Origin: an uncultured cyanobacterium
Lineage (GTDB): Bacteria > Cyanobacteriota > Cyanobacteriia > Leptolyngbyales > Leptolyngbyaceae
Length of the DNA stretch: 60,842 nucleotides
Assembly (NCBI GenBank): GCA_963766075.1
Contig: CAVYAN010000122.1
Location: 1-60,842 of the forward strand
Reading direction: 5' to 3'
Shown here: positions 43,278 to 53,465 of the stretch, one piece after another
How the letters are laid out: each line of letters starts with the position of its first letter
Position numbering within the stretch: the first letter of the stretch is position 1
Notes under the pieces: model-generated
Databases searched by the model: none
Seen by the model: only the letters and a program-made list of their open reading frames with translations
What the model was told of the DNA's origin: nothing
Translations under genes and position numbers: made by a program

Positions 43278-45245
43278 TCACTCTCCCCTCAAATGGAGGA
43301 AGAAGCCCGCATGTTGGACGCCATTTTGACTGCCGTAGCTGCTGAGACTGAGCGATCGCAGATGCCGAAACAGCGGCTGCCCTGCCAGTTCAAGCACTTT
43401 CAATACCGGAAATTGCTGCTCCAGGAGGGGCTGACTCGTCTGCCAATCCAGGTAAACATAGCCGTTATTCGGCTTTTCGAGCGGCTGGGTGGCCTCAGCA
43501 AAGCGGGAATCCGTCGCCAAAGATTGGTCAACCGCCTTTAGCGCCTGGTCCATGGCCGCCAGGGATGTGGTGAAAATCTCGTAGTCGTCCCGTGCCGCGT
43601 GAACACCCTGGATATCCGCCTGCAGATTCAGGGGACTGGCGGATGAGCGCAGGCTGGTAGATTTTAGGCGGGTCCACGCCGAAACGGTTTGGTCGCCGAG
43701 GGCTAAGGGGCCAACGCTCAAGCCTTGTTGACGCGCCAAGTCGTCAAGGTGGGCGATCGCTGCCTCTGCTTGGGGACTGCGCTGGGCCACAAAAATCCAA
43801 TCTGGGGTTAAATTTTGGACCGCGCTTTGCGCCGTTTTGCTAGAGGATTTTGGGCGATCGCTGGAGTCTTGGGCGGGCAGGCTGGCGAGGGCATATTCCT
43901 GGGTAACCCAACTAAAAATATCCTGGGGCAGGTCCAGATGCCAGCGGGCTTGCAAAGTGTTGAGCAGGGGGCGCAGGAGTGTAGCGGCGGCATCCTCAGC
44001 CGTTGCTTCAGGGGCATTGGTCGTCGCCTGTGGAAGATTCGCCCAGAGGCGGTGCAAGTCGGTTCCAGAAGCCGAAAATGGGCTACTGGCAGGGATGTAG
44101 TCTAGGGCACCCACGGGGCGACTCAGCGGCGGCACCACCGTGGTTGTTTGGCGATCGCTGGAAATCAAAGCCGTTTCTGCCGTCAATCCTTGCCGATTCA
44201 ACCCCAGGGCGATCGCCAACGTTTTATAGGTGGGTTTGGCCTTGGGTAATTTGGCATCGGGTGACTCGGCATTGGCTGATTTGGCATCAGGTGATTTGCT
44301 ATTGGACGATTTTCCCGAGATAACCGCTGGCTCCACTGATACTTGGCCCGACTGACGACGTCCCGGCGGGGTTGATTCCTGCGCTACCCACGTGGCCAAT
44401 CCTGGCAAATTCACAAAGCTGAGGCCAATCCGAGGCGCTGTCAAAGTTGCGATGGAATCCTGATAGAAGCGGGCATTGCCCAAACTGAGATCTGGCGCTT
44501 GTACATTCGTAATGGCATCGCGCAAAACCCGAGGCGAATTGGCAAACAACACGAAGCGATCGCCCACCACCGCACTCGCCAATGTGGGAATCCCCAAGGA
44601 AAAATCAGGCTGGGTCAGTGCGGTTGGGACTGACCCAGTCGCAGATTTTCCCTCAGGCAAAGATTTCATGGTTTGGCGCTGGACATCCACTTTCTTCTCA
44701 GCTTCGCCACTGTAGATTAGCTTCACCCCTTTGTATTGCTCAAAAACCAAATCGGTCCCGGCGATCGCCCGTTTCTGCCAAAACAACTGCAAAAATTCCC
44801 GCGATCGCTGGGGATTCTGGGTGGAGATGGCCAACAGGTATCCGGGCTGTTGACCATTGCTACTGTCGCGATCGACATCCCGCGTCGTCACGGCCAAGGT
44901 TAATTCGTCCCCCAGCCAGGGCTGCACGTCTTGGGCATAATCCAGTCCTGTATTGGCCAGAAATCCCTGCTTCAGTTGGGCCAGTTCGGCCCGGGCCCGC
45001 CGTCGATCCTGGGGTTGGGCCACAGCATAGCGAAAGCCATCCAGGCGATCGGGATTTACCAGCAGGGACACCATGGCGGGGGCTTGCTTCGGCACAAACA
45101 TCGCCGCCTTGGGACTTGCCATCCCTCCTCCCTTGAGCAAAATCAACGGACTTTGGGCCGCTAACCAATAGTAGCCCCCCGCTCCCAGCAGCAGCAGCAC
45201 CAAAACGACCCCGGCTAGCCCCGAAAAAAACGAACGTAACTTCAT
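43278..45245 (-). CDS. DUF3352 domain protein
   Basis: N-terminal TM, DVQPWLGDE, VGDRFVLFAN and GYVYLDW. Confidence 0.8.
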   Translation of the reverse strand: MKLRSFFSGLAGVVLVLLLLGAGGYYWLAAQSPLILLKGGGMASPKAAMFVPKQAPAMVSLLVNPDRLDGFRYAVAQPQDRRRARAELAQLKQGFLANTGLDYAQDVQPWLGDELTLAVTTRDVDRDSSNGQQPGYLLAISTQNPQRSREFLQLFWQKRAIAGTDLVFEQYKGVKLIYSGEAEKKVDVQRQTMKSLPEGKSATGSVPTALTQPDFSLGIPTLASAVVGDRFVLFANSPRVLRDAITNVQAPDLSLGNARFYQDSIATLTAPRIGLSFVNLPGLATWVAQESTPPGRRQSGQVSVEPAVISGKSSNSKSPDAKSANAESPDAKLPKAKPTYKTLAIALGLNRQGLTAETALISSDRQTTTVVPPLSRPVGALDYIPASSPFSASGTDLHRLWANLPQATTNAPEATAEDAAATLLRPLLNTLQARWHLDLPQDIFSWVTQEYALASLPAQDSSDRPKSSSKTAQSAVQNLTPDWIFVAQRSPQAEAAIAHLDDLARQQGLSVGPLALGDQTVSAWTRLKSTSLRSSASPLNLQADIQGVHAARDDYEIFTTSLAAMDQALKAVDQSLATDSRFAEATQPLEKPNNGYVYLDWQTSQPLLEQQFPVLKVLELAGQPLFRHLRSLSLSSYGSQNGVQHAGFFLHLRGE

Positions 45246-45469
45246 AGCAAATCCCAGATCGGACAACTGAACGAATCATCCAGCACCATTATTTCAGCAC
45301 ATTGTCCCTCGGCAACACTTTTCCCAGGCTTCCGTAGAGCTGCCCATGTTTCCAACTCATCAGAGTTGCTAAGTTAGAAGTTAATCCTCGAAACTAATCC
45401 ACAGGAATGCTGAGGTTACAGGCAGTTGTTAGGCTGTTCGGTAGGCCCCCGTAAAATCAGTGTTGTGAT

Positions 45470-45485
45470 TGTGATCTGTGTAACA
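45470..45485. promoter_or_regulatory. CRP-like box upstream of the GspE/PilB ATPase
   Basis: TGTGA-tctgtg-TAACA, 9/10 match to TGTGA-N6-TCACA. Confidence 0.5.
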
Positions 45486-45586
45486 CACGGCCTGGGTCAC
45501 ATTCTGGCAAGAATAAGGACATCATCGGAACGCCCCGGATTGAATACTGAGTGCCGAATCCCAAATCCCAAATCCCAAATTCTCCC

Positions 45587-47245
45587 ATGCAGTCCACGCT
45601 CTCCGTCTGGAAACAACTTAAAAATCGCGAAATTACCCGTGACGATGCCCTGCATCTGCTGGTGGATGAATCCGGCAGTGTCACCCTCAGCCTTTTAGAT
45701 GCCGAAGTTAGCCATCGCTTCTTCCGGGAATTTTCCGATCGCGAAGCTATTCCCCCAGTGATTCCCCTCCTGCTCTGGCAAAACTGTTTTTACCTGGGCA
45801 GTCCGGTCGAGATTCCCCCGGCCATGGTACAGCTCATGGGCGATCGCACCTGCACCAGCATCCGCGTCATTCCCATTGCTGACAACAGCTACCGGGCCTG
45901 GTACCGCGCCCGCAAGACCAATGCCCAGCAGCTCAGCGCCGAGCCTTTCATTAATCCCATCACGGGCGAACTGGATGCCGAAGACATCAGCGCTGTCACC
46001 ACAGAACTTCTGGCCAATGCCGCCGATCAAATTGGTCGGATTAAAACCTTGATTTCCGGTGCCCTGCGCAATCGGGCCAGCGATATTCATCTGGAGCCGA
46101 CCCCCAATGGACTGCGGGTACGCTACCGGATTGATGGCATCTTGCGGGACATTACCATGCTGCCCTTGGAGATTAGTCGGCGGGCGATCGTTGCCCTCAA
46201 AGTCATGTCGGATATGGATATTGGCGAAAGTCGTCGGCCCCAGGATGCCCGCATTGGCGATAACTATGCCACCGATCAGCAATCGAATCTGGGGTTGGAT
46301 ATGCGGGTCAGCACCCTGCCCTGCGTCGGCGGTGAAAAAGCAGTCATTCGGCTGCTGCCTCGGCAAAACCCCTTTACAACTATGGATGAGCTGGGCTTTG
46401 CTGACCATGCCCTGACTGTCTACAAAAGTTGGCTCCAGCAGCCCCAGGGCATGATTATTTTCACGGGGCCGACGGGATCGGGCAAAACCAGCACGTTATA
46501 CACCAGTCTGCAAAGCGTGGCGACGGAGCATGTCAACGTTGTCACCGTGGAAGATCCCGTAGAGTATATTCTGCCGCGCATTACCCAAACCCAGGTGCAT
46601 GAACCCGCAGGCATGACCTTTGCCGCCGGACTACGGGCCATTCTGCGGCAGGATCCAGATATTATTATGCTGGGGGAAATTCGTGATCATGAAACCGCCG
46701 AAACGGCAATTCGCGCAGCGCTCACCGGTCACTTAGTATTGACCACTTTGCACACTAACGATGCAGTCAGCGCGATTCCGCGCCTGAAGGATATTGGTCC
46801 GGATCCGGGTTTAATTAGCGATGCGCTATTGGGCATTGTGGCCCAGCGGTTGGTGCGGCGGGTTTGCCCCCACTGCGCAGTTCCCTATACGCCAACCGAT
46901 GCTGACCTGCGGGTTCTGGGACTGGAACGCGAGCCGAATCCGCAGTGGCGCAAAGGCAAGGGTTGCAACAAATGCTTTAATTCCGGCTATTTGGGCCGGG
47001 AGGCCATTATTGAACTGTTGAATATTGATGATTCGATTCGCCAAATTATCTACGAAGGTACGATGACTCAGTTGCATCGCTACTTGACGGAGATTAATTT
47101 CGACTCGTTCCGCGTGGCGGCGATCGCCAAAATTACGGCGGGCATTACGACCGTTGAAGAAGTTCTGCGGGTGCTGCCCCACAGTGCCATGCGCCGCAAG
47201 GAAGGCCGCCATATCAAACTGGTCAATACGGCGGAACGGGCTTAA
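45587..47245 (+). CDS. GspE/PulE/PilB-family secretion or pilus ATPase
   Basis: ASDIHLEP, GPTGSGKT, TVEDPVE, LRQDPD, TGHLVLTTLH and CPHC...CNKC. Confidence 0.92.
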   Translation: MQSTLSVWKQLKNREITRDDALHLLVDESGSVTLSLLDAEVSHRFFREFSDREAIPPVIPLLLWQNCFYLGSPVEIPPAMVQLMGDRTCTSIRVIPIADNSYRAWYRARKTNAQQLSAEPFINPITGELDAEDISAVTTELLANAADQIGRIKTLISGALRNRASDIHLEPTPNGLRVRYRIDGILRDITMLPLEISRRAIVALKVMSDMDIGESRRPQDARIGDNYATDQQSNLGLDMRVSTLPCVGGEKAVIRLLPRQNPFTTMDELGFADHALTVYKSWLQQPQGMIIFTGPTGSGKTSTLYTSLQSVATEHVNVVTVEDPVEYILPRITQTQVHEPAGMTFAAGLRAILRQDPDIIMLGEIRDHETAETAIRAALTGHLVLTTLHTNDAVSAIPRLKDIGPDPGLISDALLGIVAQRLVRRVCPHCAVPYTPTDADLRVLGLEREPNPQWRKGKGCNKCFNSGYLGREAIIELLNIDDSIRQIIYEGTMTQLHRYLTEINFDSFRVAAIAKITAGITTVEEVLRVLPHSAMRRKEGRHIKLVNTAERA

Positions 47246-47308
47246 GGGGGGCCGACATCGGTAGAATGACAAGAATATCCTGCTCAAATTCTGTCTCCCC
47301 TTGGTGTT

Positions 47309-47662
47309 ATGACTCAATCTTTTGGTGGCGCGATCGCCCAAATTAGTGTCGATGAAATTGCCGATCGGATTGCGGCGGTTCCGGACGTGCAACTGGTAGA
47401 CGTGCGTGAGCCTCACGAAGTCGAAATTGCCAGTATTGCTGGCTTCCAGAATTTTCCCCTGAGCCAAGCAAACGATTGGGCCGAGAAAATTCACAGCTTG
47501 CTAGATGTCGAACGCGAAACCCTGGTGCTGTGTCATCACGGGATGAGATCGACCCAAATGTGCCAATGGCTCGCGGCCCAGGGATTTACCAACGTCAAAA
47601 ATATCACGGGCGGTATTGATGCCTATTCTGTAGTAGTGGATCGCTCCGTACCGCGTTATTAG
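47309..47662 (+). CDS. rhodanese-like protein
   Basis: DVREPHE, CHHGMRS and GGIDAY. Confidence 0.9.
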   Translation: MTQSFGGAIAQISVDEIADRIAAVPDVQLVDVREPHEVEIASIAGFQNFPLSQANDWAEKIHSLLDVERETLVLCHHGMRSTQMCQWLAAQGFTNVKNITGGIDAYSVVVDRSVPRY

Positions 47663-47870
47663 GCGATCGCTCACCAGAGTGTTACTAGGGCTACTGGATG
47701 CCGCAAATTCTACAGAATCTTCAAAGCATCTGCTAAGTTAGTTGTCATCGGTTTAAACAGAACTTAACCTCGCATTCAGCCGGGTGGATTTTCCTCTATC
47801 AGTCTATTTTCTCTAAACGCATCAGACGATCTTTTCGTATTCCTCATTTAAATTAAATCTGTTTCCTCCC

Positions 47871-48965
47871 ATGTCCATTCCTGTGAATCTTACCAATCGG
47901 CAACAGCAGGTGCTTTGGGCAACAGTGCGTCACTATATTGCCACCGCTGAACCCGTGGGTTCCGGAGTTTTGGCCAAGGAATATAACCTCAGCATTAGCC
48001 CCGCTACTATTCGCAATGCCATGGGCATGTTGGAAAAAAGTGGCTTGCTGTTTCAACCCCACACCTCCGCGGGGCGGGTCCCCTCGGATTCCGGCTATCG
48101 GATTTATGTGGACCAGTTGATTCAGCCAGCAAGCTCGGCCACCGGGGAAGTCGCGCAATTATTAAGCGATCGCCTCAAGCACGGTGACTGGAGCCTGGAA
48201 GCCACTCTGCGGGGTGCGGCGCAGCTTTTAGCTACCGTCAGCGGCTACATTGCCCTGATTACAGTGCCACAAACAACGGTTACACGCCTGCGCCATGTGC
48301 AACTGGTCCAAGTGGATGCAGGCCAGGTCATGCTGGTGGTGGTGACCGATGCCTACGAAACCCAATCCATCCTCATGCAACTGCGCATTAGTCCCGACGC
48401 AGACCCCCTAGATGCCGACTTGTTGGACCATGAGCTGCAAATCTTGTCTAACTTTTTGAATAGTCATCTGCGGGGACGGGCGATCTCTGACTTATCGGCC
48501 CTGGACTGGACGGAGTTGGATCGGGAATTTGAACGCTATGCGGAATTCCTGCGCAGTGTGCTGATGGAGTTGTCCCGTCGCAGCCAAAATCCGGCTCCCA
48601 AACAGATTATGGTGACGGGCTTTTCGGAGGTGCTGCGGCAACCGGAATTTGCGGCTGTGCAGCAGGTGCAAACCCTGATGCAGTTGCTAGAGGATGAGCA
48701 AGACCAACTCCTGCCGCTGATTTTTCAGCCGCTGGGTCTAAACGACGCCCCGGAGACGGTAGGTCGGCGCGTGTCGATTCGGATTGGGGCTGAGAACCCG
48801 CTGGAGCCGATCCGGACCTGTACTTTAATTTCTTCTACCTATTGCAAGGGTGCTGTGCCTGTGGGCAGCGTGGGCGTGTTAGGTCCAACACGGATGGCCT
48901 ATGAAACCGCGATTGCTTTGGTGGAAGCGGCGGCGGACTACCTCTCGGAAACCCTGGGCAATTAA
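47871..48965 (+). CDS. hrcA: heat-inducible transcription repressor
   Basis: [23 protein letters not shown] and GVLGPTRM. Confidence 0.96.
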   Translation: MSIPVNLTNRQQQVLWATVRHYIATAEPVGSGVLAKEYNLSISPATIRNAMGMLEKSGLLFQPHTSAGRVPSDSGYRIYVDQLIQPASSATGEVAQLLSDRLKHGDWSLEATLRGAAQLLATVSGYIALITVPQTTVTRLRHVQLVQVDAGQVMLVVVTDAYETQSILMQLRISPDADPLDADLLDHELQILSNFLNSHLRGRAISDLSALDWTELDREFERYAEFLRSVLMELSRRSQNPAPKQIMVTGFSEVLRQPEFAAVQQVQTLMQLLEDEQDQLLPLIFQPLGLNDAPETVGRRVSIRIGAENPLEPIRTCTLISSTYCKGAVPVGSVGVLGPTRMAYETAIALVEAAADYLSETLGN

Positions 48966-48984
48966 AAACCTCAAATAAATAAAA

Positions 48985-49130
48985 TCCCCGCTGGCTGAGC
49001 GGAAACATCCCCGCTGGCTTCGGCTCCGCTCAGCCAGCGGCGGCTCACTCCCTGATCGGAGGCCTGCTCCCTGATCGGCACTTACTCCCTGATTCGCAGT
49101 TTGCTCCCTTCGACGGCGTCAAGGGAGCAG
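48985..49130. repeat. cluster of REP-like hairpins and short direct repeats
   Basis: ccgctggct-tcggctccgctc-agccagcgg, ctccctgat x3, tgctccctt-cgacggcgtc-aagggagca. Confidence 0.75.
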
Positions 49131-49155
49131 TTCCGGTTCAAACTTCGCACCCTGC

Positions 49156-50214
49156 TCAGCGAGGTTTTCGCGCCACGAGATATTTGCTCATAAAATGGAC
49201 TTCCATCTGCACATCAGTGAAGCCCGCGGTGTGCAGCCGCTCGGTCAGATCATCGACACTATAGCTGCGGTAGTAGGGCTCATGGAAAATGGCCGGGAAA
49301 TTCTCCATCATCACTTCAAATTCCGGTGAATCGCTGAGCTGAATGGAATCACAAATGATGCAGGTACCCCCGGGTTGAGTCACCCGGAAGCACTCGTTAA
49401 TCACGTTCTGACGCGCTGTCGGCGGCAATTCATGAAACAGAAAGACGCTGGTCGTGGCGTGAAAATAATTGTCTAGGTAAGGCAGTGCCTCGCCATTAGC
49501 TTGAATTAACTGCGGTAGATCGCCCGTATTTTGGGACAGGAGTTGGTTTGCTTTGCGTAGATAGGCAGGAGATAAATCGATGCCATGCAGCGAAGCCTGG
49601 GGCAACATGCCTCGGATGTGTTTGAGGGTGCGCCCTGTGCCACAGGCTACATCGAGGATTCGCACCGCATAGGGGGCGATCGCCCCAAACTGCTGCACTC
49701 CATGCTTCAACGGTGCCAGTATCCGTCGCCGCATTGGATCAGCAGCTCCATTGAACAAAATCTCCACCTGCAAATCGTACAAATTGGCCGACAGATCGCT
49801 TAAATAGCCATTGGTTTGATTATGAAAATTTTGGACGTAGTAGCTGGGATAGCCCTCCGTGTTGATTCCGGGCGCAAAATCCTGATGGCGTTTTTGATTC
49901 ATCCGCTCCCATGTCAAGGGCATGTCTAACCACACAACTGGGTAATAGCGGAAAAAATCATCCCAGGCATGATCAAACAGCAGACTCGTAGGATAAATGC
50001 CCTGCTCGGCATCCTGCCAATCTTTTTCCAGTAGAGAATTCAGCCGTCGTTGCAAATCCAGTAAGATGTGCGGCGGTAAGGGCTTGGTTTTGGATTCTGG
50101 GGGCGGGGCGATGAGGTTTTTCAGTTGAGTACCCAGGGTCTTGTGGGCTACACCAAAGTAGCTTTTGCCTTGTTGGAACGTTTGATACGCCAGTTTAGTG
50201 AGGGTGTCGGGCAT
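49156..50214 (-). CDS. class I SAM-dependent methyltransferase
   Basis: YYVQNFHNQTNGYLS, ILDVACGTG and FLFHELP. Confidence 0.9.
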   Translation of the reverse strand: MPDTLTKLAYQTFQQGKSYFGVAHKTLGTQLKNLIAPPPESKTKPLPPHILLDLQRRLNSLLEKDWQDAEQGIYPTSLLFDHAWDDFFRYYPVVWLDMPLTWERMNQKRHQDFAPGINTEGYPSYYVQNFHNQTNGYLSDLSANLYDLQVEILFNGAADPMRRRILAPLKHGVQQFGAIAPYAVRILDVACGTGRTLKHIRGMLPQASLHGIDLSPAYLRKANQLLSQNTGDLPQLIQANGEALPYLDNYFHATTSVFLFHELPPTARQNVINECFRVTQPGGTCIICDSIQLSDSPEFEVMMENFPAIFHEPYYRSYSVDDLTERLHTAGFTDVQMEVHFMSKYLVARKPR

Positions 50215-50313
50215 AGCCAAGGGATGCAAGTAATGGAGGAACAACAGGTTTTATGTTACCAATTGTAACGAACTTTCAGAATAAGCTTGAGGTGATTTCC
50301 GACAAATAACATG

Positions 50314-50400
50314 CCCGCTGGCTGAGCGGAGTCGAAGCCAGCTAGAGATTGCTCCCTGGGCTAGAGATTGCTCCCTTCGACTTCGCTCAGGGAGCAATCT
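50314..50400. repeat. second REP-like hairpin cluster, same core as 49011-49040
   Basis: ccgctggctgagcggagtcgaagccagc and gattgctccct-tcgacttcgctc-agggagcaatc. Confidence 0.75.
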
Positions 50401-50563
50401 GGGTCGGTATAATTTTTCCTGAAAATTGCTTAAGCCCCCCACCCTAGCGAATTCGTGACGTTACAAAAAGTCTTTAGAATTTTGGGAAACTAGGGCTTGG
50501 GGGAGTTTCTGACCGGGCTTGTGTTGTTGATGAATCACCCGCCGATGAAATATTCCTCCATGT

Positions 50564-50632
50564 AAAAACGATGCCTAACCTGCTCGGTTTCCTCGCAGGA
50601 AAACACCAGAGTGCAGGCTAGGCATCGCTTTT
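50564..50632. terminator. hairpin with T-runs on both strands, downstream of the 54-aa ORF
   Basis: aaaaa-cgatgcctaacctgc ... gcaggctaggcatcg-ctttt. Confidence 0.6.
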
Positions 50633-50685
50633 GCAATGCTTGAACAAAATTAACTTGAACAAATTAACGCAAGACATGCTGAGCC

Positions 50686-50850
50686 TTAGGGCTTCGGAAA
50701 TTTCCGTTGCTGATGGCGGCTCTTATACCATTTGTACCAGTTGCCATCGGGAGAGAAGCCGTTGGACAGCATAAAGGCAACGGTGTCGTCGCTCACATCG
50801 ACCAGAATATCTTTGACTTGCGACTCACTAGATTGATTCAACCGTTTCAT
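50686..50850 (-). CDS. unannotated 54-aa small protein downstream of a glutamine riboswitch
   Basis: Hand translation gives MKRLNQSSESQVKDILVDVSDDTVAFMLSNGFSPDGNWYKWYKSRHQQRKFPKP*; AGAGG RBS 9 nt upstream. Confidence 0.7.
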   Translation of the reverse strand: MKRLNQSSESQVKDILVDVSDDTVAFMLSNGFSPDGNWYKWYKSRHQQRKFPKP

Positions 50851-50885
50851 GGCGCTTACCTCTTGAAAAACTGGAATGAACAGGA

Positions 50886-50962
50886 GGCGCGTTCCTTCGG
50901 GGAAATTCCCTACTTCCGTCTCTCTCGACCCAAAAACTCTAATCCGAAGAGAGATGAACGAT
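50886..50962 (-). ncRNA. glutamine riboswitch (glnA RNA motif, type I)
   Basis: Minus strand reads AUCGUUC-AUCUCUC...GAGAGAC-GGAAGUA-GGGAAUUUCCCC-GAAG-GAACGCGCC: P1 CGUUC/GAACG, P2, E-loop and P3. Confidence 0.85.
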
Positions 50963-50970
50963 TACTTTCT

Positions 50971-50984
50971 GTATCTAAACTAAC
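50971..50984. promoter_or_regulatory. NtcA-like box at the predicted transcription start of the riboswitch leader
   Basis: GTA-tctaaact-AAC (consensus GTA-N8-TAC, one mismatch); minus-strand TTGCAA-N17-CATAGT just upstream. Confidence 0.45.
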
Positions 50985-51128
50985 AGAACTATGATTAAAT
51001 TCCCGATCTTTTGCAAATATTTATACTTTATGGCCAGTGGATTGCCGGCCTGGGCGGGACAGTCTGCACAGGCTGCGATAATTGCCAGATGTAAGCAGCC
51101 TGTGCAGATGTAGGAATGGGAGAAGGCA

Positions 51129-51452
51129 ATGTCTGCCTATACAACGATTTATGCGGTGGTCCGGCAAATCCCCCAGGGCCAAGTGGCAACCTATGGCCAG
51201 GTTGCCGAGTTGGCGGGCTATGGCGGCAAAGCCCGACTAGTGGGGTATGCGCTGTATCGGGTGGCTCCCGCAGAGGATATTCCCTGGCAGCGAGTGGTGA
51301 ACGCTCGGGGGGAAATTTCGCGATCGCCCCATCGTTACGGCAGCGATGATTACCAAAGAGTGCTCCTGGAATCGGAGGGCATCACGTTTGACACCACCGG
51401 GCGCATTGATCTCCAACGCTACCGGTGGCGGGCAGATCTGGGGTCTGCTTAA
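51129..51452 (+). CDS. MGMT-family alkyltransferase-like protein (Atl/YbaZ)
   Basis: IPQGQVATYGQVA and PWQRVVN, with Trp in place of the catalytic Cys. Confidence 0.88.
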   Translation: MSAYTTIYAVVRQIPQGQVATYGQVAELAGYGGKARLVGYALYRVAPAEDIPWQRVVNARGEISRSPHRYGSDDYQRVLLESEGITFDTTGRIDLQRYRWRADLGSA

Positions 51453-51464
51453 TGGGGGACGATC

Positions 51465-53465
51465 CTAAACGACTGTGACCACCACCCCGACACTCTCCCG
51501 GCATAACCGATTGACACGGCACAGTGCATAAATGCCCGGAGCAACCGCCGCCGACTGTGTGGTTCCCGGCAGTATCGCCTGTAGTGCCCAGTGGCTCCCC
51601 TCCTTGCGCTCCTCTTGGCGATAAAGGCTCCAGGCCATGGTATTGGGGTCAGCCGCGTTGGAGTCAGTGGGCATCCAGGTGAGTTGCCGACCTTGGACGC
51701 GGAGGGCGACGGGGGGCGACGGGGGCGCAGCTTGCAGCCAGGGCATCACTGGAGGTAGGGCAGGGGTTGCATAGGTTGTGGTTTGGAAGCGATCGCTAAT
51801 TCCCTCGCGATTGGCGACCAATGCCCCCACACTAAAGAAAATATTGCCCACGACCTGTTTGGCCTGAGTTTGCCGGGTTAACTCAATTTGCTGTTCAATT
51901 TCCGCCAGCGTCCAAGCTTTTCCATCCAACTGCCCCAAATTATTCCCCACATAGAGGTGACGCTGCCGGGAGTTGTTGTCGGCCCACCAGTGCAGCAGCA
52001 GTGGATAGCTCTGTCCCGGCGCATCAATTTTCCAATAGAGCTGGGGGGCTAGGTAGTCCACCCAGCCGGCTTGCAGCCACTTCAGCGCATCTGCATAAAG
52101 ACTGCTGTAGGCATCTAGGCCCCGAATTCCCGGTGGTTGTCCGGGACGGTAAATACCAAAGGGACTAATGCCAAATTTAACGTGGGGTTTCGCAGCCCGA
52201 ATGCCACTGCTTAAGCGCTGCACCATTTGATTGACGTTATCTCGCCGCCAATCCTCTAGGCCCAAGCCGCCCCCTTGCGCTCGATACGCCTGATAGGTTT
52301 TGTCATCGGGAAAAGTCTGTCCGGCAATTGGATAGGGATAAAAATAATCATCCAGATGCACCCCATCCAGGTCATAGCGTCGCACTACATCCAAAATCAC
52401 TGCATAGGTGCGATCTTGAACCGCTTTGGCACCGGGATCCATCCAGAGTTGTCGTCCCCAGGAATACACCACGTCTGCATTAGTCTTGGCGATGTGATTG
52501 GCTGTATTCAAGGTGCTCTCTGACGTGCGGGCCCGGTAGGGATTGAACCAAGCGTGGAGTTCTAGACCCCGCTGACGGCACTGGGCGATCGCAAAGGCCA
52601 GAGGATCATATCCCGGCGATTGGCCTTGGGTACCAGTCAGCCAATGGCTCCACGGCTCCAGTGAGGAAGCATACAGAGCATCGCCCTCTGGACGTACTTG
52701 TAAAATCACCGCATTAAACTGGAGGGCTTGGAGCCGATCCAGAATCGCAATCAGCTCGGCCTGCTGCTGGGCGGGGGGCAGGCCCGGTTTGGTTGGCCAG
52801 TCGATATTCCAAACGGTACTAATCCAGGCGGCTCGAAATTCCCGTCGGTGGCTGACGGCAACGGTTTGCACCCAGGGCACTAGGTACGCGGAGGCAATGG
52901 GCGGTGCTTGGCCCAAATGCACTAAACATTGATATAAAATTACGGCCACTTCAGCGCGGGTAATGGGCTGTTGGGGGCGCAGTTGCGCCAGGTTGGGATA
53001 GTTGACCACCACATTGGCGGCGGTGGCGGCGGCGATCGCTCCCGTAGCCCAAAGGGGAATCTCCCCACTGTCGCGATACAACTGGGTCAGGTTGAGCTGC
53101 GCGGGGGCCTGCCACCCCAAACCCCCAGCCAAAGACACCATCACCTCGGTGCGTGTAATGGTGGCATCGGGACGAAATTGTTGCCCCGGATAACCAGAAA
53201 CAAAGCCCGCCTCAAACGCGCCCCGAATCGCGGGCAAGGCCCAATGATTTGCCGGGACATCGGTAAAGGGTACGTAGGTTCGCTTGGCTGGACGCTGAAG
53301 GGCGGGCTGGATTAAGGCGGCATATTCTGCCCGATTGACAATGCGACTGGGGCGAAAGGTGCGGTCTTGGAATCCGCGAACAAAGCCTCGATCTGCCAGT
53401 CCTTCAATAAACGGTTTAGCCCAGTGATTTTGGATATCAGTAAAGCGGACAGGAGAAGCAACCAT
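51465..53465 (-). CDS. SLH-domain protein with a GHL10 (DUF187/YddW-like) glycoside hydrolase domain
   Basis: SLH repeats (FTDIQNHWA, FTDVPANHWA); EFRAAWI, LHAWFNPYRA and GVHLDDYFYP. Confidence 0.88.
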   Translation of the reverse strand: MVASPVRFTDIQNHWAKPFIEGLADRGFVRGFQDRTFRPSRIVNRAEYAALIQPALQRPAKRTYVPFTDVPANHWALPAIRGAFEAGFVSGYPGQQFRPDATITRTEVMVSLAGGLGWQAPAQLNLTQLYRDSGEIPLWATGAIAAATAANVVVNYPNLAQLRPQQPITRAEVAVILYQCLVHLGQAPPIASAYLVPWVQTVAVSHRREFRAAWISTVWNIDWPTKPGLPPAQQQAELIAILDRLQALQFNAVILQVRPEGDALYASSLEPWSHWLTGTQGQSPGYDPLAFAIAQCRQRGLELHAWFNPYRARTSESTLNTANHIAKTNADVVYSWGRQLWMDPGAKAVQDRTYAVILDVVRRYDLDGVHLDDYFYPYPIAGQTFPDDKTYQAYRAQGGGLGLEDWRRDNVNQMVQRLSSGIRAAKPHVKFGISPFGIYRPGQPPGIRGLDAYSSLYADALKWLQAGWVDYLAPQLYWKIDAPGQSYPLLLHWWADNNSRQRHLYVGNNLGQLDGKAWTLAEIEQQIELTRQTQAKQVVGNIFFSVGALVANREGISDRFQTTTYATPALPPVMPWLQAAPPSPPVALRVQGRQLTWMPTDSNAADPNTMAWSLYRQEERKEGSHWALQAILPGTTQSAAVAPGIYALCRVNRLCRESVGVVVTVV

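Noticed and set aside
50707..50994. 95-aa plus-strand ORF in the track
   Set aside because: It is antisense to the riboswitch and 54-aa ORF, which have an RBS and a terminator; it has no recognisable motif.
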